From positions 1,048,203 through 1,112,202 of the forward strand of contig JBJBEO010000001.1 in assembly GCA_047284725.1 (NCBI GenBank): 64,000 bases of DNA, read 5' to 3'. The notes under the pieces are model-generated. The model was given only the letters and a program-made list of their open reading frames with translations. It did no database searches and had not been told where the DNA came from. Shown here piece by piece: positions 42,501 through 50,915 of this stretch; within the stretch, counting starts at the first letter, position 1, and every line of letters starts with the position of its first letter. Origin of the DNA: Synechococcus sp. (GTDB taxonomy: Bacteria > Cyanobacteriota > Cyanobacteriia > PCC-6307 > Cyanobiaceae). The position numbers and the translations under genes are program-made.

Positions 42501-45500
42501 ATCGATGGAACGGTTGCATTCACGGTTGACCTGACGGGTGTGAATGACGTCGGCAATGTGGAGCTGACGCAGTATCAGGCTGTGACTCAGCCTGTTGCTC
42601 AAACGGATCCGGCTGCTCCGAACGATCCAATCACGGGTTATCCGAGTGATGAGGTGACGCTGGACGGTCTGGTGAAGTTGTCAGGAACAGTGACAGCGAC
42701 AGACAGTGATGGAGACAAGGCGACGACAACACTGAGCACCGACATTGGCGACAGTCTGGAACTGCGTGATGACGGCCCAGCGATTGGCGAACTTGGCGAG
42801 GTTGATCTGAGTCAGATCACGCTGGTGACATCGGATGCAGCAGCAGCTGGTGGTAACTACACCGGCGGGTTTAGCGCCAGTGCGGATGCTGATTTTGATG
42901 CAGCGTTTGAAGCCGTTGTGAGTGCTGCAGTGCTTGCAGGGGAGATTGATTTTGGAGCGGATATTGGAGGGACTGAGACTGCGGATGTCTCGAACTACAA
43001 GTTGGAGCTTGGTGATCTCGTTGGGGTCGGTGGTGTAACGGGGCTAACGAGTGAGGAACCCGGAACGGAAGGCGATCCCATTTATGTGTTCCTGAATGCT
43101 GCTGGAACGCAGTTGGTTGGTAGTACGAATGCTGGATATGACATTGCGGTCGATGGGATCGATGGAACGGTTGCATTCACGGTTGACCTGACGGGTGTGA
43201 ATGACGTCGGCAATGTGGAGCTGACGCAGTATCAGGCTGTGACTCAGCCTGTTGCTCAAACGGATCCGGCTGCTCCGAACGATCCAATCACGGGTTATCC
43301 GAGTGATGAGGTGACGCTGGACGGTCTGGTGAAGTTGTCAGGAACAGTGACAGCGACAGACAGTGATGGAGACAAGGCGACGACAACACTGAGCACCGAC
43401 ATTGGCGACAGTCTGGAACTGCGTGATGACGGCCCAGCGATTGGCGAACTTGGCGAGGTTGATCTGAGTCAGATCACGCTGGTGACATCGGATGCAGCAG
43501 CAGCTGGTGGTAACTACACCGGCGGGTTTAGCGCCAGTGCGGATGCTGATTTTGATGCAGCGTTTGAAGCCGTTGTGAGTGCTGCAGTGCTTGCAGGGGA
43601 GATTGATTTTGGAGCGGATATTGGAGGGACTGAGACTGCGGATGTCTCGAACTACAAGTTGGAGCTTGGTGATCTCGTTGGGGTCGGTGGTGTAACGGGG
43701 CTAACGAGTGAGGAACCCGGAACGGAAGGCGATCCCATTTATGTGTTCCTGAATGCTGCTGGAACGCAGTTGGTTGGTAGTACGAATGCTGGATATGACA
43801 TTGCGGTCGATGGGATCGATGGAACGGTTGCATTCACGGTTGACCTGACGGGTGTGAATGACGTCGGCAATGTGGAGCTGACGCAGTATCAGGCTGTGAC
43901 TCAGCCTGTTGCTCAAACGGATCCGGCTGCTCCGAACGATCCAATCACGGGTTATCCGAGTGATGAGGTGACGCTGGACGGTCTGGTGAAGTTGTCAGGA
44001 ACAGTGACAGCGACAGACAGTGATGGAGACAAGGCGACGACAACACTGAGCACCGACATTGGCGACAGTCTGGAACTGCGTGATGACGGCCCAGCGATTG
44101 GCGAACTTGGCGAGGTTGATCTGAGTCAGATCACGCTGGTGACATCGGATGCAGCAGCAGCTGGTGGTAACTACACCGGCGGGTTTAGCGCCAGTGCGGA
44201 TGCTGATTTTGATGCAGCGTTTGAAGCCGTTGTGAGTGCTGCAGTGCTTGCAGGGGAGATTGATTTTGGAGCGGATATTGGAGGGACTGAGACTGCGGAT
44301 GTCTCGAACTACAAGTTGGAGCTTGGTGATCTCGTTGGGGTCGGTGGTGTAACGGGGCTAACGAGTGAGGAACCCGGAACGGAAGGCGATCCCATTTATG
44401 TGTTCCTGAATGCTGCTGGAACGCAGTTGGTTGGTAGTACGAATGCTGGATATGACATTGCGGTCGATGGGATCGATGGAACGGTTGCATTCACGGTTGA
44501 CCTGACGGGTGTGAATGACGTCGGCAATGTGGAGCTGACGCAGTATCAGGCTGTGACTCAGCCTGTTGCTCAAACGGATCCGGCTGCTCCGAACGATCCA
44601 ATCACGGGTTATCCGAGTGATGAGGTGACGCTGGACGGTCTGGTGAAGTTGTCAGGAACAGTGACAGCGACAGACAGTGATGGAGACAAGGCGACGACAA
44701 CACTGAGCACCGACATTGGCGACAGTCTGGAACTGCGTGATGACGGCCCAGCGATTGGCGAACTTGGCGAGGTTGATCTGAGTCAGATCACGCTGGTGAC
44801 ATCGGATGCAGCAGCAGCTGGTGGTAACTACACCGGCGGGTTTAGCGCCAGTGCGGATGCTGATTTTGATGCAGCGTTTGAAGCCGTTGTGAGTGCTGCA
44901 GTGCTTGCAGGGGAGATTGATTTTGGAGCGGATATTGGAGGGACTGAGACTGCGGATGTCTCGAACTACAAGTTGGAGCTTGGTGATCTCGTTGGGGTCG
45001 GTGGTGTAACGGGGCTAACGAGTGAGGAACCCGGAACGGAAGGCGATCCCATTTATGTGTTCCTGAATGCTGCTGGAACGCAGTTGGTTGGTAGTACGAA
45101 TGCTGGATATGACATTGCGGTCGATGGGATCGATGGAACGGTTGCATTCACGGTTGACCTGACGGGTGTGAATGACGTCGGCAATGTGGAGCTGACGCAG
45201 TATCAGGCTGTGACTCAGCCTGTTGCTCAAACGGATCCGGCTGCTCCGAACGATCCAATCACGGGTTATCCGAGTGATGAGGTGACGCTGGACGGTCTGG
45301 TGAAGTTGTCAGGAACAGTGACAGCGACAGACAGTGATGGAGACAAGGCGACGACAACACTGAGCACCGACATTGGCGACAGTCTGGAACTGCGTGATGA
45401 CGGCCCAGCGATTGGCGAACTTGGCGAGGTTGATCTGAGTCAGATCACGCTGGTGACATCGGATGCAGCAGCAGCTGGTGGTAACTACACCGGCGGGTTT

Positions 45501-48500
45501 AGCGCCAGTGCGGATGCTGATTTTGATGCAGCGTTTGAAGCCGTTGTGAGTGCTGCAGTGCTTGCAGGGGAGATTGATTTTGGAGCGGATATTGGAGGGA
45601 CTGAGACTGCGGATGTCTCGAACTACAAGTTGGAGCTTGGTGATCTCGTTGGGGTCGGTGGTGTAACGGGGCTAACGAGTGAGGAACCCGGAACGGAAGG
45701 CGATCCCATTTATGTGTTCCTGAATGCTGCTGGAACGCAGTTGGTTGGTAGTACGAATGCTGGATATGACATTGCGGTCGATGGGATCGATGGAACGGTT
45801 GCATTCACGGTTGACCTGACGGGTGTGAATGACGTCGGCAATGTGGAGCTGACGCAGTATCAGGCTGTGACTCAGCCTGTTGCTCAAACGGATCCGGCTG
45901 CTCCGAACGATCCAATCACGGGTTATCCGAGTGATGAGGTGACGCTGGACGGTCTGGTGAAGTTGTCAGGAACAGTGACAGCGACAGACAGTGATGGAGA
46001 CAAGGCGACGACAACACTGAGCACCGACATTGGCGACAGTCTGGAACTGCGTGATGACGGCCCAGCGATTGGCGAACTTGGCGAGGTTGATCTGAGTCAG
46101 ATCACGCTGGTGACATCGGATGCAGCAGCAGCTGGTGGTAACTACACCGGCGGGTTTAGCGCCAGTGCGGATGCTGATTTTGATGCAGCGTTTGAAGCCG
46201 TTGTGAGTGCTGCAGTGCTTGCAGGGGAGATTGATTTTGGAGCGGATATTGGAGGGACTGAGACTGCGGATGTCTCGAACTACAAGTTGGAGCTTGGTGA
46301 TCTCGTTGGGGTCGGTGGTGTAACGGGGCTAACGAGTGAGGAACCCGGAACGGAAGGCGATCCCATTTATGTGTTCCTGAATGCTGCTGGAACGCAGTTG
46401 GTTGGTAGTACGAATGCTGGATATGACATTGCGGTCGATGGGATCGATGGAACGGTTGCATTCACGGTTGACCTGACGGGTGTGAATGACGTCGGCAATG
46501 TGGAGCTGACGCAGTATCAGGCTGTGACTCAGCCTGTTGCTCAAACGGATCCGGCTGCTCCGAACGATCCAATCACGGGTTATCCGAGTGATGAGGTGAC
46601 GCTGGACGGTCTGGTGAAGTTGTCAGGAACAGTGACAGCGACAGACAGTGATGGAGACAAGGCGACGACAACACTGAGCACCGACATTGGCGACAGTCTG
46701 GAACTGCGTGATGACGGCCCAGCGATTGGCGAACTTGGCGAGGTTGATCTGAGTCAGATCACGCTGGTGACATCGGATGCAGCAGCAGCTGGTGGTAACT
46801 ACACCGGCGGGTTTAGCGCCAGTGCGGATGCTGATTTTGATGCAGCGTTTGAAGCCGTTGTGAGTGCTGCAGTGCTTGCAGGGGAGATTGATTTTGGAGC
46901 GGATATTGGAGGGACTGAGACTGCGGATGTCTCGAACTACAAGTTGGAGCTTGGTGATCTCGTTGGGGTCGGTGGTGTAACGGGGCTAACGAGTGAGGAA
47001 CCCGGAACGGAAGGCGATCCCATTTATGTGTTCCTGAATGCTGCTGGAACGCAGTTGGTTGGTAGTACGAATGCTGGATATGACATTGCGGTCGATGGGA
47101 TCGATGGAACGGTTGCATTCACGGTTGACCTGACGGGTGTGAATGACGTCGGCAATGTGGAGCTGACGCAGTATCAGGCTGTGACTCAGCCTGTTGCTCA
47201 AACGGATCCGGCTGCTCCGAACGATCCAATCACGGGTTATCCGAGTGATGAGGTGACGCTGGACGGTCTGGTGAAGTTGTCAGGAACAGTGACAGCGACA
47301 GACAGTGATGGAGACAAGGCGACGACAACACTGAGCACCGACATTGGCGACAGTCTGGAACTGCGTGATGACGGCCCAGCGATTGGCGAACTTGGCGAGG
47401 TTGATCTGAGTCAGATCACGCTGGTGACATCGGATGCAGCAGCAGCTGGTGGTAACTACACCGGCGGGTTTAGCGCCAGTGCGGATGCTGATTTTGATGC
47501 AGCGTTTGAAGCCGTTGTGAGTGCTGCAGTGCTTGCAGGGGAGATTGATTTTGGAGCGGATATTGGAGGGACTGAGACTGCGGATGTCTCGAACTACAAG
47601 TTGGAGCTTGGTGATCTCGTTGGGGTCGGTGGTGTAACGGGGCTAACGAGTGAGGAACCCGGAACGGAAGGCGATCCCATTTATGTGTTCCTGAATGCTG
47701 CTGGAACGCAGTTGGTTGGTAGTACGAATGCTGGATATGACATTGCGGTCGATGGGATCGATGGAACGGTTGCATTCACGGTTGACCTGACGGGTGTGAA
47801 TGACGTCGGCAATGTGGAGCTGACGCAGTATCAGGCTGTGACTCAGCCTGTTGCTCAAACGGATCCGGCTGCTCCGAACGATCCAATCACGGGTTATCCG
47901 AGTGATGAGGTGACGCTGGACGGTCTGGTGAAGTTGTCAGGAACAGTGACAGCGACAGACAGTGATGGAGACAAGGCGACGACAACACTGAGCACCGACA
48001 TTGGCGACAGTCTGGAACTGCGTGATGACGGCCCAGCGATTGGCGAACTTGGCGAGGTTGATCTGAGTCAGATCACGCTGGTGACATCGGATGCAGCAGC
48101 AGCTGGTGGTAACTACACCGGCGGGTTTAGCGCCAGTGCGGATGCTGATTTTGATGCAGCGTTTGAAGCCGTTGTGAGTGCTGCAGTGCTTGCAGGGGAG
48201 ATTGATTTTGGAGCGGATATTGGAGGGACTGAGACTGCGGATGTCTCGAACTACAAGTTGGAGCTTGGTGATCTCGTTGGGGTCGGTGGTGTAACGGGGC
48301 TAACGAGTGAGGAACCCGGAACGGAAGGCGATCCCATTTATGTGTTCCTGAATGCTGCTGGAACGCAGTTGGTTGGTAGTACGAATGCTGGATATGACAT
48401 TGCGGTCGATGGGATCGATGGAACGGTTGCATTCACGGTTGACCTGACGGGTGTGAATGACGTCGGCAATGTGGAGCTGACGCAGTATCAGGCTGTGACT

Positions 48501-50837
48501 CAGCCTGTTGCTCAAACGGATCCGGCTGCTCCGAACGATCCAATCACGGGTTATCCGAGTGATGAGGTGACGCTGGACGGTCTGGTGAAGTTGTCAGGAA
48601 CAGTGACAGCGACAGACAGTGATGGAGACAAGGCGACGACAACACTGAGCACCGACATTGGCGACAGTCTGGAACTGCGTGATGACGGCCCAGCGATCAC
48701 AAATCAAGATGGAACAAGCACGACCAATCTGAATCTTGCCTATGTCACGACGCCTACTAATCAAACTCTAGATCTTCTCCAATGGGATTTTGGTGCTGAT
48801 AATGGAGGTGATGTCTATCTCACTACCAATGATGGTTTTGTGCCAATTTCTGTTTCTACCTCAACAGATGGTTTTTCTATCGATACTGATAGTGTTGCCT
48901 ACGATCCTGTTTCTGGAGTTTATGGTTTCAATGTCATCTATGATGAAACAGGAGAAGTGATAACCAGTTACTCATTGAATCCTGATTCAGGTGTTAATGA
49001 TGCTGTTATTTGGTATCAAGTTCCTGGTGAGACCACTTTCATTGATGTTCCTGGTTCCGCTTCTCAGGGAGGAAACACCGATTTCCTGTCGAGTGACATA
49101 CAGGACGGCGATGATACATTCACGATTATCACTGTTGCGTCTCGGGACTCAAGTCAGACAGATTTCTCTGCCACTGTATATACAGATCCTGTCTGGGTTG
49201 AAAACGAAGATACTGTTAATGGCAGTACTTCTGGTTGGGGCGCTGGCAGTAATAATTTTACGGCTGGTTCTTCCATATCATTTTTGTTTTATCAGGAAGG
49301 AACAGCGACTGTCAGCATTGTCCCAAACTTTGCTCCCCTTACTGATGATACGTTACAGGTTACTGGTAATGATTATCTTGTAGACGGCTTCGCTATCTCT
49401 TTGGAGAGTGTGACTGGTTCTGCTGCCTACTCTCTGACAGTTAAGGTTAATTATGTAACTACTGATGGAATTACCGACTTCAACCAGTACACCGAATACG
49501 TCTTCACAAATGTGATTCCTTCCTTGCCTGGGAGTCAAAGCTATATTGCTGTTCTAACTGCAGAAGGAGTCTCCATTTATGGTGAAACTGATTACAATGC
49601 CAATGGCGATTCTGCGACAGTCATTGTTTCTGTGGCAGCTCCTGCGCTAGATCCTGGTGAAACATTCCTTGGCATATCATCCGTTTCTTATTTCAACAAT
49701 GATCCTGAAGGTAACCAGTACAAGCTTAACAGGCCCAATATTCTTACTGAAAATGTTGATCGTCCTGATCTTAGCTACCAATTAGATTTTGAAATTACAG
49801 ATGGTGACTTCGATAACAGCACGTTCACGATGTCTGTCTTGATGGATGGCAACGATGCAGGTGATGTTGTCACCTCTGCTTCTTATGTGGCCCCTGTGGC
49901 GATTGATCTTGATGGGGACGGAATGGTCTCTTATCAATCTGATTTCAATCTAAATGTTCTTGATTCATCAATCGTCTACGCCGCGTTTGTTGCTCCTGTA
50001 GATGGTTTACTGGCTTATGATTACAATCAAGATGGAATTCTTGATGAGTCTCGTGAAATTAATTTCATGATGTGGGGTGATGATCCATCGGTCTTGACCG
50101 ACGTTCAGGCTTTGGCTGCTTACTTCGATTCCAATGGCGATGGAGTTCTAGACTCCAATGATTCCACCTTTGCTGATTTTGGTGTCTGGTCTGATCTCAA
50201 TCTCGATGGTCAGCAGCAGGAGGGAGAGTTTTATGGCTTGAATGAATTGGGCATTGAGTCCATTTCGCTAGAATATTCGTACGATTCTTCGGCTCTGCAG
50301 TCATCTGCTGATGGTGGTGTCATTGTTTATGGACAGGTGGAGGTGGAATATGAAGACGGCTCCACTGGCCTTGCTGAAGATGTCGCGTTTGCTGTTCAGT
50401 CATCTCCTGATGAGTTAGCTTCAGCGCAGGAGGGTGATCCAACCACTGAGGATGCCATGAGTTCCAGTCCGCTGATTGATGAGTTGGTGTCGGGTTATCT
50501 CGATACGATGCAGGCCTCGGGAGATACGGATGGCGATGGTCATGTCAGCCAGGTCGAGTTGGCCTACGGTCTGGATGAGGCGGTCAGCAACTTCCTCGAC
50601 AGCAATGGCCTCTCTGCCGATGAGTTCCACTCCATTCAGCAGGAAGTCTTCAATGAGCTGGCTGATCAACTCAGTGACCTGGATACAGACGCCTCCATCG
50701 GCAGTGTGGCTGATGCCGCAGGTGATGCGGATGCGGCCTCTGTGCTGGCGGCTTTGGAATCCAATCTCGACGACCTGGTCGTTGCCAACCATCTCGAGCA
50801 CGACGATTACTCCTCGGAAGCCTCGGCGATGGTTTGA
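36528..50837 (+). CDS. Giant acidic repetitive surface protein / putative T1SS-secreted adhesin (~4,770 aa; DUF5801/T1SS-143-like repeats)
   Basis: Single open frame of 14.3 kb; DDGP domain junctions, LTQY and TATDSDGD motifs; C-terminal DxDGDG Ca-binding loops; no signal peptide; directly downstream of T1SS genes. Confidence 0.92.
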   Translation: MVDENLTSDQTGFDAAGTDEQTKQVVQASEQQVHVPGGRTAPVEGNTEVPDVPYEGEPETVNPGKPPANAVGPEIEVQTQPQGLGGGVTLASEEPVEADEPETLQLLESPVPTADPIITETVDEGVAPAIEPEPEPEPDPEPQLEFSLDDPQLVTPDAGTPDGSAPVAVGDNTDQSPVSVTTRVATPVPGQLDFDLNLTSGSPITIRDSLTGQTVQLRIDRVDGEDVVVGFIGSGANETTVFTVSGNELDGTITLTQFRSVLHGDPQTDPNTNDRVGLFGQNPDNETPPAGSERIVLVGTLTQADGQSVTQEIDITNAIVFTDDEPEVNVEGSDIEGLFVTYDGNTSLDGNFQGSSNGDVPAAGTDSDSVVIPAASIEAAFVSSVDYNADGPAASDISPTGEPSPVVSDYQLVLFEDIVSGVTPVRDDDGSIWRSQGEEVIWFEVLGVNGDLLKVEGRIDLAGEQIVVFDVVINSDPAEPDVFGDLVFTQYEQLDHLVPTSSDYTSDERTLGNNQLFVEQQITATDADFDTDTATARIDLGNNLIVGDDGPAIGELGEVDLSQITLVTSDAAAAGGNYTGGFSASADADFDAAFEAVVSAAVLAGEIDFGADIGGTETADVSNYKLELGDLVGVGGVTGLTSEEPGTEGDPIYVFLNAAGTQLVGSTNAGYDIAVDGIDGTVAFTVDLTGVNDVGNVELTQYQAVTQPVAQTDPAAPNDPITGYPSDEVTLDGLVKLSGTVTATDSDGDKATTTLSTDIGDSLELRDDGPAIGELGEVDLSQITLVTSDAAAAGGNYTGGFSASADADFDAAFEAVVSAAVLAGEIDFGADIGGTETADVSNYKLELGDLVGVGGVTGLTSEEPGTEGDPIYVFLNAAGTQLVGSTNAGYDIAVDGIDGTVAFTVDLTGVNDVGNVELTQYQAVTQPVAQTDPAAPNDPITGYPSDEVTLDGLVKLSGTVTATDSDGDKATTTLSTDIGDSLELRDDGPAIGELGEVDLSQITLVTSDAAAAGGNYTGGFSASADADFDAAFEAVVSAAVLAGEIDFGADIGGTETADVSNYKLELGDLVGVGGVTGLTSEEPGTEGDPIYVFLNAAGTQLVGSTNAGYDIAVDGIDGTVAFTVDLTGVNDVGNVELTQYQAVTQPVAQTDPAAPNDPITGYPSDEVTLDGLVKLSGTVTATDSDGDKATTTLSTDIGDSLELRDDGPAIGELGEVDLSQITLVTSDAAAAGGNYTGGFSASADADFDAAFEAVVSAAVLAGEIDFGADIGGTETADVSNYKLELGDLVGVGGVTGLTSEEPGTEGDPIYVFLNAAGTQLVGSTNAGYDIAVDGIDGTVAFTVDLTGVNDVGNVELTQYQAVTQPVAQTDPAAPNDPITGYPSDEVTLDGLVKLSGTVTATDSDGDKATTTLSTDIGDSLELRDDGPAIGELGEVDLSQITLVTSDAAAAGGNYTGGFSASADADFDAAFEAVVSAAVLAGEIDFGADIGGTETADVSNYKLELGDLVGVGGVTGLTSEEPGTEGDPIYVFLNAAGTQLVGSTNAGYDIAVDGIDGTVAFTVDLTGVNDVGNVELTQYQAVTQPVAQTDPAAPNDPITGYPSDEVTLDGLVKLSGTVTATDSDGDKATTTLSTDIGDSLELRDDGPAIGELGEVDLSQITLVTSDAAAAGGNYTGGFSASADADFDAAFEAVVSAAVLAGEIDFGADIGGTETADVSNYKLELGDLVGVGGVTGLTSEEPGTEGDPIYVFLNAAGTQLVGSTNAGYDIAVDGIDGTVAFTVDLTGVNDVGNVELTQYQAVTQPVAQTDPAAPNDPITGYPSDEVTLDGLVKLSGTVTATDSDGDKATTTLSTDIGDSLELRDDGPAIGELGEVDLSQITLVTSDAAAAGGNYTGGFSASADADFDAAFEAVVSAAVLAGEIDFGADIGGTETADVSNYKLELGDLVGVGGVTGLTSEEPGTEGDPIYVFLNAAGTQLVGSTNAGYDIAVDGIDGTVAFTVDLTGVNDVGNVELTQYQAVTQPVAQTDPAAPNDPITGYPSDEVTLDGLVKLSGTVTATDSDGDKATTTLSTDIGDSLELRDDGPAIGELGEVDLSQITLVTSDAAAAGGNYTGGFSASADADFDAAFEAVVSAAVLAGEIDFGADIGGTETADVSNYKLELGDLVGVGGVTGLTSEEPGTEGDPIYVFLNAAGTQLVGSTNAGYDIAVDGIDGTVAFTVDLTGVNDVGNVELTQYQAVTQPVAQTDPAAPNDPITGYPSDEVTLDGLVKLSGTVTATDSDGDKATTTLSTDIGDSLELRDDGPAIGELGEVDLSQITLVTSDAAAAGGNYTGGFSASADADFDAAFEAVVSAAVLAGEIDFGADIGGTETADVSNYKLELGDLVGVGGVTGLTSEEPGTEGDPIYVFLNAAGTQLVGSTNAGYDIAVDGIDGTVAFTVDLTGVNDVGNVELTQYQAVTQPVAQTDPAAPNDPITGYPSDEVTLDGLVKLSGTVTATDSDGDKATTTLSTDIGDSLELRDDGPAIGELGEVDLSQITLVTSDAAAAGGNYTGGFSASADADFDAAFEAVVSAAVLAGEIDFGADIGGTETADVSNYKLELGDLVGVGGVTGLTSEEPGTEGDPIYVFLNAAGTQLVGSTNAGYDIAVDGIDGTVAFTVDLTGVNDVGNVELTQYQAVTQPVAQTDPAAPNDPITGYPSDEVTLDGLVKLSGTVTATDSDGDKATTTLSTDIGDSLELRDDGPAIGELGEVDLSQITLVTSDAAAAGGNYTGGFSASADADFDAAFEAVVSAAVLAGEIDFGADIGGTETADVSNYKLELGDLVGVGGVTGLTSEEPGTEGDPIYVFLNAAGTQLVGSTNAGYDIAVDGIDGTVAFTVDLTGVNDVGNVELTQYQAVTQPVAQTDPAAPNDPITGYPSDEVTLDGLVKLSGTVTATDSDGDKATTTLSTDIGDSLELRDDGPAIGELGEVDLSQITLVTSDAAAAGGNYTGGFSASADADFDAAFEAVVSAAVLAGEIDFGADIGGTETADVSNYKLELGDLVGVGGVTGLTSEEPGTEGDPIYVFLNAAGTQLVGSTNAGYDIAVDGIDGTVAFTVDLTGVNDVGNVELTQYQAVTQPVAQTDPAAPNDPITGYPSDEVTLDGLVKLSGTVTATDSDGDKATTTLSTDIGDSLELRDDGPAIGELGEVDLSQITLVTSDAAAAGGNYTGGFSASADADFDAAFEAVVSAAVLAGEIDFGADIGGTETADVSNYKLELGDLVGVGGVTGLTSEEPGTEGDPIYVFLNAAGTQLVGSTNAGYDIAVDGIDGTVAFTVDLTGVNDVGNVELTQYQAVTQPVAQTDPAAPNDPITGYPSDEVTLDGLVKLSGTVTATDSDGDKATTTLSTDIGDSLELRDDGPAIGELGEVDLSQITLVTSDAAAAGGNYTGGFSASADADFDAAFEAVVSAAVLAGEIDFGADIGGTETADVSNYKLELGDLVGVGGVTGLTSEEPGTEGDPIYVFLNAAGTQLVGSTNAGYDIAVDGIDGTVAFTVDLTGVNDVGNVELTQYQAVTQPVAQTDPAAPNDPITGYPSDEVTLDGLVKLSGTVTATDSDGDKATTTLSTDIGDSLELRDDGPAIGELGEVDLSQITLVTSDAAAAGGNYTGGFSASADADFDAAFEAVVSAAVLAGEIDFGADIGGTETADVSNYKLELGDLVGVGGVTGLTSEEPGTEGDPIYVFLNAAGTQLVGSTNAGYDIAVDGIDGTVAFTVDLTGVNDVGNVELTQYQAVTQPVAQTDPAAPNDPITGYPSDEVTLDGLVKLSGTVTATDSDGDKATTTLSTDIGDSLELRDDGPAIGELGEVDLSQITLVTSDAAAAGGNYTGGFSASADADFDAAFEAVVSAAVLAGEIDFGADIGGTETADVSNYKLELGDLVGVGGVTGLTSEEPGTEGDPIYVFLNAAGTQLVGSTNAGYDIAVDGIDGTVAFTVDLTGVNDVGNVELTQYQAVTQPVAQTDPAAPNDPITGYPSDEVTLDGLVKLSGTVTATDSDGDKATTTLSTDIGDSLELRDDGPAITNQDGTSTTNLNLAYVTTPTNQTLDLLQWDFGADNGGDVYLTTNDGFVPISVSTSTDGFSIDTDSVAYDPVSGVYGFNVIYDETGEVITSYSLNPDSGVNDAVIWYQVPGETTFIDVPGSASQGGNTDFLSSDIQDGDDTFTIITVASRDSSQTDFSATVYTDPVWVENEDTVNGSTSGWGAGSNNFTAGSSISFLFYQEGTATVSIVPNFAPLTDDTLQVTGNDYLVDGFAISLESVTGSAAYSLTVKVNYVTTDGITDFNQYTEYVFTNVIPSLPGSQSYIAVLTAEGVSIYGETDYNANGDSATVIVSVAAPALDPGETFLGISSVSYFNNDPEGNQYKLNRPNILTENVDRPDLSYQLDFEITDGDFDNSTFTMSVLMDGNDAGDVVTSASYVAPVAIDLDGDGMVSYQSDFNLNVLDSSIVYAAFVAPVDGLLAYDYNQDGILDESREINFMMWGDDPSVLTDVQALAAYFDSNGDGVLDSNDSTFADFGVWSDLNLDGQQQEGEFYGLNELGIESISLEYSYDSSALQSSADGGVIVYGQVEVEYEDGSTGLAEDVAFAVQSSPDELASAQEGDPTTEDAMSSSPLIDELVSGYLDTMQASGDTDGDGHVSQVELAYGLDEAVSNFLDSNGLSADEFHSIQQEVFNELADQLSDLDTDASIGSVADAAGDADAASVLAALESNLDDLVVANHLEHDDYSSEASAMV
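36918..36953 (+). repeat. Hexamer microrepeat encoding EPEPEPEPDPEP
   Basis: GAGCCC GAGCCG GAGCCG GAGCCG GATCCA GAGCCT. Confidence 0.85.
38167..48697 (+). repeat. Tandem array of 16 x 657 bp (219 aa) plus a 19-bp partial unit
   Basis: Unit start GTGATGACGGCCCAGCGAT recurs at 38167, 38824 ... 48679 (=38167+16x657); 16 identical antisense ORFs at 657-bp spacing in the ORF track. Confidence 0.98.
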
Positions 50838-50860
50838 GGTCTGATGCCAACAGCGTGATG

Positions 50861-50896
50861 AAGAAGACGCCTGAGTCCAGGGCGTCTTCTTTTTTT
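50861..50896 (+). terminator. Intrinsic terminator of the giant gene
   Basis: AAGAAGACGCC...GGCGTCTTCTT stem with T tract. Confidence 0.85.
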
Positions 50897-50915
50897 GTCA
50901 TGAGTCACTTTATGA

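Noticed and set aside
38272..48515. Sixteen copies each of 101-aa and 71-aa antisense ORFs
   Set aside because: Shadows of the 657-bp coding repeat; no protein-like features
38167..48697. Repeat array as CRISPR or a diversity-generating retroelement
   Set aside because: No spacers, no adenine-specific variation, no cas or reverse transcriptase gene; units are in-frame protein domains
36528..50837. Naming the giant gene swmB or lapA
   Set aside because: Similar locus logic, but I cannot establish orthology from sequence alone; repeat type and termini are not recognisably those proteins
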